Shown here in pieces: positions 45,300 through 63,100 of a stretch of 64,000 bases of DNA (its first letter is position 1; the number at the start of each line of letters is the position of its first letter). The notes beneath the pieces are model-generated. The model had not been told where the DNA came from, made no database searches, and saw nothing but the letters and a program-made list of their open reading frames with translations. Position numbers and translations under genes: made by a program. Location: contig OZ024742.1 of NCBI GenBank assembly GCA_964016885.1, forward strand, positions 370,202,001-370,266,000, read 5' to 3'. This DNA comes from Eledone cirrhosa. Its lineage: Eukaryota.

Positions 45300-48200
45300 T
45301 GACATAGCCACCTCCTCCCCCTCCATATTATAACACTGACATAGCCACCACCCCCTCCATATTATAACACTGACATAGCCACCACCTTCCCCTCCATATT
45401 ATAACACTGACATAGCCACCACCCCCTCCATATTATAACACTGACATAGCCACCACCTTCCCCTCCATATTATAACACTGACATAACCACCACCCCCTCC
45501 ATATTATAACACTGACATAGCCACCACCCCCTCCTCCATATTATAACACTGACATAGCCACGACCTCCACCTCCATATTATAACACTGACATAGCCACCT
45601 CCTCCCACTCCATATTATAACACTGACATAGCCACCACCCCCTCCATATTATAACACTGACATAGCCACCACCACCTCTATATTATAACACTGACGTAGC
45701 CACCACCACCACCTCCATATTATAACACTGACATAGCCACCACCACCTCCTCCATATTATAACACTGACATAGCCACCACCACCTCCATATTATAACACT
45801 GACACAGCCACCACCCCCTCCATATTATAACACTGACATAACCACCACCTCCTCCATATTATAACACTGACACAGCCACCACCCCCTCCATATTATAACA
45901 CTGACATAACCACCACCTCCTCCATATTATAACACTGACATAACCACCACCTCCTCCATATTATAACACTGACATAACCACCTCCCCCTCCATATTATAA
46001 CACTGACATAACCACCACCTTCCCCTCCATATTATAACACTGACATAGCCACCACCACCTCCATATTATAACACTGCCATAGCCACCACCACCTCCATAT
46101 TATAACACTGACATAGCCACCACCCTCTCCATATAACAGTGACATAGCCACCACCTCCCCCTCCATATTATAACACTGACATAGCCACCACCCCCTCCAT
46201 ATTATAACACTGACATAGCCACCACCACCTCCATATTATAACACTGACATAGCCACCACAACCTCCATATTATAACACTGACATAGCCACCACCACCACC
46301 TCCATATTATAACACTGACATAGCCACCACCACCTCCATATTATAACACTGACATAGCCACCACCACCTCCTCCATATTATAACACTGACATAGCCACCA
46401 CAACCTCCATATTATAACACTGACATAGCCACCACCACCTCCATATTATAACACTAACATAGCCACCACCTTCCCCTCCATATTATAACACTGACATAGC
46501 CACCACCTTCCCCTCCATATTATAACACTGACATAGCCACCACCCCCTCCATATTATAACACTGAACTAGCCACCACCTTCCCCTCCATATTATAACACT
46601 GACATAACCACCACCCCCTCCATATTATAACACTAACATAGCCACCACCTTCCCCTCCATATTATAACACTGACATAGCCACCACCACCTCCACCCATAT
46701 TATAACACTGACATAGCCACCACCCCCTCCATATTATAACACTGACATAGCCACCACCTTCCCCTCCATATTATAACACTGACATAGCCACCTCCTCCCC
46801 CTCCATATTATAACACTGACATAGCCACCACCCCCTCCATATTATAACACTGACATAACCACCTCCTCCTCCATATTATAACACTGACATAGCCACCACC
46901 TCCCCCTCCATATTATAACACTGACATAGCCACCACCTTCCCCTCCATATTATAACACTGACATAGCCACCACCCCCTCCATATTATAACACTGACATAG
47001 CCACCACCTTCCCCTCCATATTATAACACTGACATAACCACCACCCCCTCCATATTATAACACTGACATAGCCACCACCCCCTCCTCCATATTATAACAC
47101 TGACATAGCCACCACCTCCACCTCCATATTATAACACTGACATAGCCACCACCCCCTCCATATTATAACACTGACATAGCCACCACCTTCCCCTCCATAT
47201 TATAACACTGACATAGCCACCACCCCCTCCATATTATAACACTGACATAGCCACCACCACCTGTATATTATAACACTGACATAGCCACCACCACCACCTC
47301 CATATTATAACACTGACATAGCCACCACCACCTCCTCCATATTATAACACTGACATAGCCACCACCACCTCCATATTATAACACTGACACAGCCACCACC
47401 CCCTCCATATTATAACACTGACATAACCACCACCTCCTCCATATTATAACACTGACACAGCCACCACCCCCTCCATATTATAACACTGACATAACCACCA
47501 CCTCCTCCATATTATAACACTGACATAGCCACCACCACCTCCATATTATAACACTGACATAGCCACCACCTCCCCCTCCATATTATAACACTGACACAGC
47601 CACCACCACCCCCTCCATATTATAACACTGACACAGCCACCACCACCCCCTCCATATTATAACACTGACATAGCCTCCACCACCACCTCCATATTATAAC
47701 ACTGACACAGCCCCCCCCCCCCTCCATATTATAACACTGACATAACCACCACCTCCTCCATATTATAACACTGACACAGCCACCACCCCCTCCATATTAT
47801 AACACTGACATAACCACTACCTCCTCCATATGATAACACTGACATAACCACCACCTCCTCCATATTATAACACTGACATAACCACCTCCACCTCCATATT
47901 ATAACACTGACATAACCACCACCTTCCCCTCCATATTATAACACTGACATAGCCACCACCACCTCAATATTATAACACTGACATAGCCACCACCCTCTCC
48001 ATATAACAGTGACATAGCCACCACCTCCCCCTCCATATTATAACACTGACATAGCCACCACCCCCTCCATATTATAACACTGACATAGCCACCACCACCT
48101 CCATATTATAACACTGACATAGCCACCACAACCTCCATATTATAATACTGACATAGCCACCACCACCACCTCCATATTATAACACTGACATAGCCACCAC

Positions 48201-51200
48201 CACCTCCATATTATAACACTGACATAGCCACCACCACCTCCTCCATATTATAACACTGACATAGCCACCACCACAACCTCCATATTATAACACTGACATA
48301 GCCACCACCACCTCCATATTATAACACTAACATAGCCACCACCTTCCCCTCCATATTATAACACTGACATAGCCACCACCTTCCCCTCCATATTATAACA
48401 CTGACATAGCCACCACCCCCTCCATATTATAACACTGACATAGCCACCACCTTCCCCTCCATATTATAACACTGACATAACCACCACCCCCTCCATATTA
48501 TAACACTGACATAGCCACCACCCCCTCCTCCATATTATAACACTGACATAGCCACCACCACCACCTCCATATTATAAGACTGACATAGCCACCTCCTCCC
48601 CCTCCATATTATAACACTGACATAGCCACCACCCCCTCCATATTATAACACTGACATAGCCACCACCTTCCCCTCCATATTATAACGCTGACATAGCCAC
48701 CACCCCCTCCATATTATAACACTGACATAGCCACCACCCCCTCCATATTATAACACTGACATAGCCACCACCTTCCCCTCCATATTATAACACTGACATA
48801 GCCACCACCCCCTCCATATTATAACACTGACATAGCCACCACCTTCCCCTCCATATTATAACACTGACATAACCACCACCCCCTCCATATTATAACACTG
48901 ACATAGCCACCACCCCCCTCCTCCATATTATAACACTGACATAGCCACGACCTCCACCTCCATATTATAACACTGACATAGCCACCTCCTCCCCCTCCAT
49001 ATTATAACACTGACATAGCCACCACCCCCTCCATATTATAACACTGACATAGCCACCACCTTCCCCTCCATATTATAACACTGACATAGCCACCACCCCC
49101 TCCATATTATAACACTGACATAGCCACCACCACCTCTATATTATAACACTGACATAGCCACCACCACCACCTCCATATTATAACACTGACATAGCCACCA
49201 CCACCTCCTCCATATTATAACACTGACATAGCCACCACCACCTCCATATTATAACACTGACACAGCCACCACCCCCTCCATATTATAACACTGACATAAC
49301 CACCACCTCCTCCATATTATAACACTGACACAGCCACCACCCCCTCCATATTATAACACTGACATAACCACCACCTCCTCCATATTATAACACTGACATA
49401 ACCACCACCTCCTCCATATTATAACACTGACATAACCACCTCCCCCTCCATATTATAACACTGACATAACCACCACCTTCCCCTCCATATTATAACACTG
49501 ACATAGCCACCACAACCTCCATATTATAACACTGACATAGCCACCACCACCACCTCCATATTATAACACTGACATAGCCACCACCACCTCCATATTATAA
49601 CACTGCCATAGCCACCACCACCTCCATATTATAACACTGACATAGCCACCACCCTCTCCATATAACAGTGACATAGCCACCACCTCCCCCTCCATATTAT
49701 AACACTGACATAGCCACCACCCCCTCCATATTATAACACTGACATAGCCACCACCACCTCCATATTATAACACTGACATAGCCACCACAACCTCCATATT
49801 ATAACACTGACATAGCCACCACCACCACCTCCATATTATAACACTGACATAGCCACCACCACCTCCATATTATAACACTGACATAGCCACCACCACCTCC
49901 TCCATATTATAACACTGACATAGCCACCACAACCTCCATATTATAACACTGACATAGCCACCACCACCTCCATATTATAACACTAACATAGCCACCACCT
50001 TCCCCTCCATATTATAACACTGACATAGCCACCACCTTCCCCTCCATATTATAACACTGACATAGCCACTACCCCCTCCATATTATAACACTGAACTAGC
50101 CACCACCTTCCCCTCCATATTATAACACTGACATAACCACCACTCCCTCCATATTATAACACTAACATAGCCACCACCTTCGCCTCCATATTATAACACT
50201 GACATAGCCACCACCACCTCCACCCATATTATAACACTGACATAGCCACCACCCCCTCCATATTATAACACTGACATAGCCACCACCTTCCCCTCCATAT
50301 TATAACACTGACATAGCCACCTCCTCCCCCTCCATATTATAACACTGACATAGCCACCACCCCCTCCATATTATAACACTGACATAACCACCTCCTCCTC
50401 CATATTATAACACTGACATAGCCACCACCTCCCCCTCCATATTATAACACTGACATAGCCACCACCTTCCCCTCCATATTATAACACTGACATAGCCACC
50501 ACCCCCTCCATATTATAACACTGACATAGCCACCACCTTCCCCTCCATATTATAACACTGACATAACCACCACCCCCTCCATATTATAACACTGACATAG
50601 CCACCACCTCCACCTCCATATTATAACACTGACATAGCCACCACCCCCTCCATATTATAACACTGACATAGCCACCACCTTCCCCTCCATATTATAACAC
50701 TGACATAGCCACCACCCCCTCCATATTATAACACTGACATAGCCACCACCACCTGTATATTATAACACTGACATAGCCACCACCACCACCTCCATATTAT
50801 AACACTGACATAGCCACCACCACCTCCTCCATATTATAACACTGACATAGCCACCACCACCTCCATATTATAACACTGACACAGCCACCACCCCCTCCAT
50901 ATTATAACACTGACATAACCACCACCCCCTCCATATTATAACACTGACATAACCACCACCTCCTCCATATTATAACACTGACATAACCACCACCTCCTCC
51001 ATATTATAACACTGACATAGCCACCACCACCTCCATATTATAACACTGACATAGCCACCACCTCCCCCTCCATATTATAACACTGACACAGCCACCACCA
51101 CCCCCTCCATATTATAACACTGACACAGCCACCACCACCCCCTCCATATTATAACACTGACATAGCCTCCACCACCACCTCCATATTATAATACTGACAC

Positions 51201-54110
51201 AGCCCCCCCCCCTCCATATTATAACACTGACATAACCACCACCTCCTCCATATTATAACACTGACACAGCCACCACCCCCTCCATATTATAACACTGACA
51301 TAACCACCACCTCCTCCATATGATAACACTGACATAACCACCACCTCCTCCATATTATAACACTGACATAACCACCTCCCCCTCCATATTATAACACTGA
51401 CATAACCACCACCTTCCCCTCCATATTATAACACTGACATAGCCACCACCACCTCAATATTATAACACTGACATAGCCACCACCCTCTCCATATAACAGT
51501 GACATAGCCACCACCTCCCCCTCCATATTATAACACTGACATAGCCACCACCACCTCCATATTATAACACTGACATAGCCACCACCTCCCCCTCCATATT
51601 ATAATACTGACATAGCCACCACCTCCCCCTCCATATTATAACACTGACATAGCCACCACCACCTCCATATTATAACACTGACATAGCCACCACAACCTCC
51701 ATATTATAACACTGACATAGCCACCACCACCACCTCCATATTATAACACTGACATAGCCACCACCACCTCCATATTATAACACTGACATAGCCACCACCA
51801 CCTCCTCCATATTATAACACTGACATAGCCACCACCACAACCTCCATATTATAACACTGACATAGCCACCACCACCTCCATATTATAACACTAACATAGC
51901 CACCACCTTCCCCTCCATATTATAACACTGACATAGCCACCACCTTCCCCTCCATATTATAACACTGACATAGCCACCACCCCCTCCATATTATAACACT
52001 GACATAGCCACCACCTTCCCCTCCATATTATAACACTGACATAACCACCACCCCCTCCATATTATAACACTGACATAGCCACCACCCCCTCCTCCATATT
52101 ATAACACTGACATAGCCACCACCACCACCTCCATATTATAAGACTGACATAGCCACCTCCTCCCCCTCCATATTATAACACTGACATAGCCACCACCCCC
52201 TCCATATTATAACACTGACATAGCCACCACCTTCCCCTCCATATTATAACGCTGACATAGCCACCACCCCCTCCATATTATAACACTGACATAGCCACCA
52301 CCTTCCCCTCCATATTATAACACTGACATAGCCACCACCACCTCCATATTATAACACTGACATAGCCACCACCCCCTCCATATTATAACACTGACATAGC
52401 CACCACCACCTCCATATTATAACGCTGACATAGCCACCACCACCTCCATATTATAACACTGACATAGCCACCACCTTCCCCTCCATATTATAACACTGAC
52501 ATAGCCACCACAACCTCCATATTATAACACTGACATAGCCACCACCACCTCCTCCATATTATAACACTGACATAGCCACCACCTTTCCCTCCATATTATA
52601 ACACTGACATAGCCACCACCTTCCCCTCCATATTATAACACTGACATAGCCACCACCTCCCCCTCCATATTATAACACTGACATAGACACCACCTCCCCC
52701 TCCATATTATAATACTGACACAGCCACCACCCCCTCCATATTATAACACTGACATAACCACCACCTCCTCCATATTATAACACTGACACAGCCACCACCC
52801 CCTCCATATTATAACACTGACATAACCACAACCTCCTCTATATTATAACACTGACATAACCACCACCTCCTCCATATTATAACACTGACATAGCCACCAC
52901 CACCTCCATATTATAACACTGACATAGCCACCACCACCTCCATATTATAACACTGACATAGCCACCACCCCCTCCATATTATAACACTGACATAGCCACC
53001 TCCTCCCCCTCCATATTATAACACTAACATAGCCACCACCTTCCCCTCCATATTATAACACTGACATAGCCACCACCTTCCCCTCCATATTATAACACTG
53101 ACATAGCCACCACCCCCTCCATATTATAACACTGACATAGCCACCACCTTCCCCTCCATATTATAACACTGACATAACCACCACCCCCTCCATATTATAA
53201 CACTGACATAGCCACCACCCCCTCCTCCATATTATAACACTGACATAGCCACCACCACCACCTCCATATTATAAGACTGACATAGCCACCTCCTCCCCCT
53301 CCATATTATAACACTGACATAGCCACCACCCCCTCCATATTATAACACTGACATAGCCACCACCTTCCCCTCCATATTATAACGCTGACATAGCCACCAC
53401 CCCCTCCATATTATAACACTGACATAGCCACCACCTTCCCCTCCATATTATAACACTGACATAGCCACCACCACCTCCATATTATAACACTGACATAGCC
53501 ACCACCCCCTCCATATTATAACACTGACATAGCCACCACCACCTCCATATTATAACGCTGACATAGCCACCACCACCTCCATATTATAACACTGACATAG
53601 CCACCACCTTCCCCTCCATATTATAACACTGACATAGCCACCACAACCTCCATATTATAACACTGACATAGCCACCACCACCTCCTCCATATTATAACAC
53701 TGACATAGCCACCACCTTTCCCTCCATATTATAACACTGACATAGCCACCACCTCCCCCTCCATATTATAACACTGACATAGCCACCACCTCCCCCTCCA
53801 TATTATAATACTGACACAGCCACCACCCCCTCCATATTATAACACTGACATAACCACCACCTCCTCCATATTATAACACTGACACAGCCACCACCCCCTC
53901 CATATTATAACACTGACATAACCACAACCTCCTCTATATTATAACACTGACATAACCACCACCTCCTCCATATTATAACACTGACATAGCCACCACCACC
54001 TCCATATTATAACACTGACATAGCCACCACCACCTCCATATTATAACACTGACATAGCCACCACCCCCTCCATATTATAACACTGACATAGCCACCTCCT
54101 CCCCCTCCAT
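45300..54110. repeat. Imperfect nested duplications (~3.5 kb, ~1.85 kb, ~1.1 kb)
   Basis: ATATAACAGTGAC at 46131/48001/49660/51491; ACTGAACTAG at 46561/50090; CTGTATAT at 47261/50753; TGATAAC at 47831/51321; TAAGACTG at ~48578/52142/53275. Confidence 0.85.
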
Positions 54111-57100
54111 ATTATAACACTGACATAGCCACCACCACCTCCATATTATAACACTGACATAGCCACCACCCCCTCCATATTATAACACTGACATAGCCAC
54201 CACCTTCCCCTCCATATTATAACACTGACATAGCCACCACCTTCCCCTCCATATTATAACACTGACATAGCCTCCACCACCTCCATATTATAACACTGAC
54301 ATAGCCACCACCTTCCCCTCCATATTATAACACTGACATAGCCACCACCTCCCCCTCCATATTATAACACTGACATAGCCACCACCACCCCCTCCATATT
54401 ATAACACTGACATAGCCACCACCTCCCCCTCCATATTATAACACTGACATAGCCACCACCACCACCTCCATATTATAACACTGACATAGCCACCACCACC
54501 TCCATATTATAACACTGACATAGCCACCACCACCTCCTCCATATTATAACACTGACATAACCACCACCACCTCCATATTATAACACTGACATAGCCACCA
54601 CCCCCTCCTCCATATTATAACACTGACATAGCCACCACCACCACCTCCATATTATAACACTGACATAGCCACCACCTCCCCCTCCATATTATAACACTGA
54701 CATAGCCACCACCACCCCCTCCATATTATAACACTGACATAGCCACCACCTCCCCCTCCATATTATAACACTGACATAGCCACCACCACCACCTCCATAT
54801 TATAACACTGACATAGCCACCAGCCCCTCCATATTATAACACTGACATAGCCACCACCTTCCCCTCCATATTATAACACTGACATAACCACCACCACCTC
54901 CATATTATAACACTGACATAGCCACCACCCCCTCCTCCATATTATAACACTGACATAGCCACCACCACCACCTCCATATTATTACACTGACATAGCCACC
55001 TCCTCCCCCTCCATATTATAACACTGACATAGCCACCACCCCCTCCATATTATAACACTGACATAGCCACCACCACCTCCATATTATAACACTGACATAG
55101 CCACCACCTTCCCCTCCATATTATAACACTGACATAGCCACCACCCCCTCCATATTATAACACTGACGTCACCACCACCTCCATATTATAACACTGACAT
55201 AGCCACCACCACCTCCATATTATAACACTGACATAGCCACCACCTTCCCCCGCATATTATAACACTGACATAGCCACCACCTCCCCCTCCGTATTATAAC
55301 ACTGACATAGCCACCACCACCTCCATATTATAACACTGACATAGCCACCACCTTCCCCTCCATATTATAACACTGACATAGCCACCACCTTCCCCTCCAT
55401 ATTATAACACTGACATAGCCACCACCACCACCTCCATATTATAACACTGACATAGTCACCACCACCACCTCCATATTATAACACTGACATAGCCACCACC
55501 TTCCCCTCCATATTATAACATTGACATAGCCACCACCCCCTCCATATTATAACACTGACGTCACCACCACCTTCCGCTCCATATTATAACACTGACATAG
55601 CCACCACCACCTCCATATTATAACACTGACATAGCCACCACCTCCCCCTCCATATTATAACACTGACATAGCCACCACCTCCCCCTCCATATTATAACAC
55701 TGACATAGCCACCACCACCACCTCCATATTATAACACTGACATAGCCACCACCACCACCACCTCCATATTATAACACTGACATAGCCACCACCTTCCCCT
55801 CCGTATTATAACACTGACATAGCCACCACCCCCTCCATATTATAACACTGACATAGCCATCTCCTCCCCCTCCATATTATAACACTGACATAGCCACCAC
55901 CCCCTCAATATTATAACACTGACATAGCCACCTCCTCCCCCTCCATATTATAACACTGACATAGCCAACACCTTCCCCTCCATATTATAACACTGACATA
56001 GCCACCACCTTCCCCTCCATATTATAACACTGACATAGCCACCACCCCCTCCATATTATAACACTGACATAGCCACCACCACCTCCATATTATAACACTG
56101 ACATAGCCACCACCTTCCCCTCCATATTATAACACTGACATAGCCACCACCTTCCCCTCCATATTATAACACTGACATAGCCACCACCCCCTCCATATTA
56201 TAACACTGACATAGCCACCACCACCTCCATATTATAACACTGACATAGCCACCTCCTCCCCCTCCATATTATAACACTGACATAGCCACCACCCCCTCCA
56301 TATTATAACACTGACATAGCCACCACCCCCTCCATATTATAACACTGACATAGCCACCACCTTCCCCTCCATATTATAACACTGACATAGCCACCACCTG
56401 CCCCTCCATATTATAACACTGACATAACCACCACCTCCCCCTCCATATTATAACACTGACATAGCCACCACCTCCCCCTCCATATTATAACACTGACATA
56501 GCCACCACCACCACCTCCATATTATAACACTGACATAGCCACCTCCTCCCCCTCCATATTATAACACTGACATAGCCACCACCTTCCCCTCCATATTATA
56601 ACACTGACATAGCCACCACCTTCCCCTCCATATTATAACACTAACATAGCCACCTCCTCCTCCATATTATAACACTGACATAGCCACCTCCTTCCCCTCC
56701 ATATTATAACACTGACATAGCCACCACCTTCCCCTCCATATTATAACACTGACATAGCCTCCACCTCCCCCTCCATATTATAACACTGACATAGCCACCT
56801 CCTGCCCCTCCATATTATAACACTGACATAGCCACCACCACCTCCATATTATAACACTGACATAGCCACCACCTCACCCTCCATATTATAACACTGACAT
56901 AGCCACCACCTCCCTCTCCATATTATAACACTGACATAGCCCCCACCTCCTCCATATTATAACACTGACATAACCACCACCTCCTCCATATTATAACACT
57001 GACATAGCCACCACCACCTCCATATTATAACACTGACATAGCCACCACCTCCTCCATATAATAACACTGACGTAGCCACCACCACCACCTCCATATTATA

Positions 57101-60100
57101 ACACTGACATAGCCACCACCCCCTCCATATTATAACACTGACATAGCCACCACCACCTCCATATTATAACACTAACATAACCACCACCTCCTCCATATTA
57201 TAACACTGACATAGCCACCACCACCTCCATATTATAACACTGACATAGCCACCACCACCTCCATATTATAACACTGACATAGCCACCACCTCCTCCATAT
57301 TATAACACTGACATAGCCACCACCACCTCCTCCATATTATAACACTGACATAGCCATCACCTCCTCCATATTATAACACTGACATAGCCACCACTTCCTC
57401 CATATTATAACACTGACATAGCCACCACCTCCTCCATATTATAACACTGACATAGCCACCACCACCTCCTCCATATTATAACACTGACATAGCCACCACC
57501 ACCTCCTCCATATTATAACACTGACATAGCCACCACCTCCTCCATATTATAACACTGACATAGCCACCACCACCTCCTCCACATTATAACACTGACATAA
57601 CCACCACCTCCTCCATATTATAACACTGACATAACCACCACCTCCTCCATATTATAACACTGACATAGCCACCACCTCCTCCATATTATAACACTGACAT
57701 AGCCACCACCACCTCCTCCATATTATAACACTGACATAACCACCACCTCCTTCATATTATAACACTAACATAACCACCACCTCCTCCATATTATAACACT
57801 GACATAGCCACCACCTCCTCCATATTATAACACTGACATAGCCACCACCTCCTCCATATTATAACACTGACATAGCCACCACCACCTCCTCCATATTATA
57901 ACACTGACATAACCACCACCTCCTCCATATTATAACACTGACATAGCCACCACCCCCTCCATATTATAACACTGACATAGCCACCACCCCCTCCATATTA
58001 TAACACTGACATAGCCTCCACCACCTCCATATTATATCACTGACATAACCACCTTCCCCTCCATATTATAACACTGACATAGCCACCACCTTCCCCTCCA
58101 TATTATAACACTGACATAGTCACCTCCTCCCCCTCCATATTATAACACTGACATAGCCACCACCCCCTCCATATTATAACACTGACATAGCCACCACCTT
58201 CCCCTCCATATTATAACACTGACATAGCCACCACCACCACCTCCATATTATAACACTGACATAGCCACCACCTCCTCCATATTATAACACTGACATAGCC
58301 ACCACCACCACCTCCATATTATAACACTGACATAGCCACCACCTCCTCCATATTATAACACTGACATAGCCACCACCACCACCTCCATATTATAACACTG
58401 ACATAGCAACCACCTTCCCCTCCATATTATAACACTGACATAGCCACCACCACCACCTCCATATTATAACACTGACATAGCCACCACCTCCTCCATATTA
58501 TAACACTGACATAGCCACCACCACCACCTCCATATTATAACACTGACATAGCCACCACCACCTCCATATTATAACACTGACATAACCACCACCTCCTCCA
58601 TATTATAACACTGACATAGCCACCACCACCACCTCCATATTATAACACTGACATAGCCACCACCTCCTCCATATTATAACACTGACATAGCCACCACCTT
58701 CCCCTCCATATTATAACACTGACATAGCCACCACCACCACCTCCATATTATAACACTGACATAGCCACCACCTCCTCCATATTATAACACTGACATAGCC
58801 ACCACCACCACCTCCATATTATAACACTGACATAGCCACCACCTCCTCCATATTATAACACTGACATAGCCACCACCTTCCCCTCCATATTATAACACTG
58901 ACATAACCACCACCTCCTCCATATTATAACACTGACATAGCCACCACCTTCCCCTCCATATTATAACACTGACATAGCCACCACCTCCCCCTCCATATTA
59001 TAACACTGACATAGCCACCACCACCCCCTCCATATTATAACACTGACATAGCCACCACCACCCCCTCCATATTATAACACTGACATAGCCACCACCACCA
59101 CCTCCATATTATAACACTGACATAGCCACCTCCTCCCCCTCCATATTATAACACTGACATAGCCACCTCCTCCCCCTCCATATTATAACACTGACATAGC
59201 CACCTCCTCCCCCTCCATATTATAACACTGACATAGCCACCACCTTCCCCTCCATATTATAACACTGACATAGCCACCACCTTCCCCTCCATATTATAAC
59301 ACTGACACAGCCACCACCCCCTCTATATTATAACACTGACACAGCCACCACCCCCTCCATATTATAACATTGACATAGCCACCACCACCTCCATATTATA
59401 ACACTGACATAGCCACCACCTCCTCCATATAATAACACTGACATAGCCACCACCTTCCCCTCCATATTATAACACTGACATAGCCTCCACCAACAACTCC
59501 ATATTATAACACTGACATAGCCTCCACCTCCCCCTCCATATTATAACACTGACATAGCCACCACCTCCTCCATATTATAACACTGACATAGCCACCACCA
59601 ACAACTCCATATTATAACACTGACATAGCCTCCACCTCCCCCTCCATATTATAACACTGACATAGCCACCACCTCCTCCATATTATAACACTGACATAGC
59701 CTCCACCTCCCCCTCCATATTATAACACTGACACAGCCACCACCCCCTCCATATTATAACACTGACACAGCCACCACCCCCTCCATATTATAACACTGAC
59801 ACAGCCACCACCACCACCTCCATATTATAACACTGACATAACCACCACCTCCTCCATATTATAACACTGACATAGCCACCACCACCTCCATATTATAACA
59901 CTGACATAACCACCACCTCCTCCATATTATAACACTGACATAGCCACCACCTTCCCCTCCATATTATAACACTGACATAGCCACCACCTTCCCCTCCATA
60001 TTATAACACTGACATAGCCACCACCACCTCCATATTATAACACTGACATAGCCACCACCCCCTCCATATTATAACACTGACATAGCCACCACCACCTCCA

Positions 60101-63100
60101 TATTATAACACTGACATAGCCACCACCTCCCCCTCCATATTATAACACTGACATAGCCACCACCTCCATATTATAACACTGACATAGCCACCACCTTCCC
60201 CTCCATATTAAAACACTGACATAGCCACCACCTTCCCCTCCATATTATAACACTGACATAGCCACCACCTTCCCCTCCATATTATAACACTGACATAACC
60301 ACCACCTCCTCCATATTATAACACTGACATAGCCACCACCACCTCCTCCATAATATAACACTGACATAGCCACCACCTCCTCCATATTATAACACTGACA
60401 TAGCCACCACCTTCCCCTCCATATTATAACACTGACATAGCCACCACCTTCCCCTCCATATTATAACACTGACATAGCCACCACCTTCCCCTCCATATTA
60501 TAACACTGACATAACCACCACCACCTCCATATTATAACACTGACATAGCCACCACCTTCCCCTCCATATTATAACACTGACATAACCACCACCTCCTCCA
60601 TATTATAACACTGACATAGCCACCACCCCCTCCATATTATAACACTGACATAGCCACCTCCTCCCCCTCCATATTATAACACTGACATAGCCACCTCCTC
60701 CCCCTCCATATTATAACACTGACATAGCCACCACCTTCCCCTCCATATTATAACACTGACATAGCCACCACCTTCCCCTCCATATTATAACACTGACATA
60801 GCCACCACCCCCTCCATATTATAACACTGACATAGCCACCACCACCTCCATATTATAACACTGACATAGCCACCACCTCCCCCTCCATATTATAACACTG
60901 ACATAGCCACCACCACCCCCTCCATATTATAACACTGACATAGCCACCACCACCTCCATATTATAACACTGACATAGCCACCTCCTCCCCCTCCATATTA
61001 TAACACTGACATAGCCACCTCCTTCCCCTCCATATTATAACACTGACATAACCACCTCCTCCCCCTCCATATTATAACACTGACATAGCCACCACCACCA
61101 CCTCCATATTATAACACTGACATAGCCACCTCCTCCCCCTCCATATTATAACACTGACATAGCCACCTCCTTCCCCTCCATATTATAACACTGACATAGC
61201 CACCACCTCCCCCTCCATATTATAACACTGACATAGCCACCACCTCCCCCTCCATATTATAACACTGACATAGCCACCACCTCCTCCATATTATAACACT
61301 GACATAGCCACCTCCTCCCCCTCCATATTATAACACTGACATAGCCACCACCCCCTCCATATTATAACACTGACATAGCCACCTCCTCCCCCTCCATATT
61401 ATAACACTGACATAGCCACCACCACCACCTCCATATTATAACACTAACATAGCCACCTCCTCCTCCATATTATAACACTGACATAGCCACCTCCTCCCCC
61501 TCCATATTATAACACTGACATAGCCTCCACCTCCCCCTCCATATTATAACACTGACATAGCCACCACCACCTCCATATTATAACACTGACATAGCCACCT
61601 CCTCCCCCTCCATATTATAACACTGACATAGCCACCACCACCTCCATATTATAACACTGACATAGCCACCTCCTCCCCCTCCATATTATAACACTGACAT
61701 AGCCACCTCCTTCCCCTCCATATTATAACACTGACATAGCCACCACCTCACCCTCCATATTATAACACTGACATAGCCTCCACCTCCCCCTCCATATTAT
61801 AACACTGACATAGCCACCTCCTGCCCCTCCATATTATAACACTGACATAGCCACCACCACCTCCATATTATAACACTGACATAGCCACCACCTCACCCTC
61901 CATATTATAACACTGACATAGCCACCACCACCTCCATATTATAACACTGACATAGCCACCACCACCACCTCCATATTATAACACTGACATAGCCACCACC
62001 ACCACCTCCATATTATAACACTGACATAGCCAACACCACCACCTCCATATTATAACACTGACATAGCCACCACCACCACCTCCATATTATAACACTGACA
62101 TAGCCACCACCTCACCCTCCATATTATAACACTGACATAGCCACCACCACCTCCATATTATAACACTGACATAGCCACCACCACCACCTCCATATTATAA
62201 CACTGACATAGCCACCACCACCTCCATATTATAACACTGACATAGCCACCACCACCACCTCCATATTATAACACTGACATAGCCACCACCACCACCTCCA
62301 TATTATAACACTGACATAGCCAACACCACCACCTCCATATTATAACACTGACATAGCCACCACCTCCCCCTCCATATTATAACACTGACATAACCACCAC
62401 CTCCTCCATATTATAACACTGACAGAGCCACCACCACCTCCATATTATAACACTGACATAGCCACCACCTCCTCCATATAATAACACTGACGTAGCCACC
62501 ACCACCACCTCCATATTATAACACTGACATAGCCACCACCCCCTCCATATTATAACACTGACATAGCCACCACCACCTCCATATTATAACACTAACATAA
62601 CCACCACCTCCTCCATATTATAACACTGACATAGCCACCACCACCTCCATATTATAACACTGACATAGCCACCACCTCCTCCTCCATATTATAAATCTGA
62701 CATAACCACCACCTCCTCCATATTATAACACTGACATAGCCATCACCTCCTCCATATTATAACACTGACATAGCCACCACCTCCTCCATATTATAACACT
62801 GACATAGCCACCACCACCACCTCCATATTATAACACTGACATAGCCTCCACCTCCCCCTCCATATTATAACACTGACACAGCCACCACCCCCTCCATATT
62901 ATAACACTGACATAGCCACCACCACCTCCATATTATAACACTGACATAGCCACCACCACCTCCTCCATATTATAACACTGACATAGCCATCACCTCCTCC
63001 ATATTATAACACTGACATAGCCACCACCTCCTCCATATTATAACACTGTCATAGCCACCACCACCACCTCCATATTATAACACTGACATAGCCACCACCA

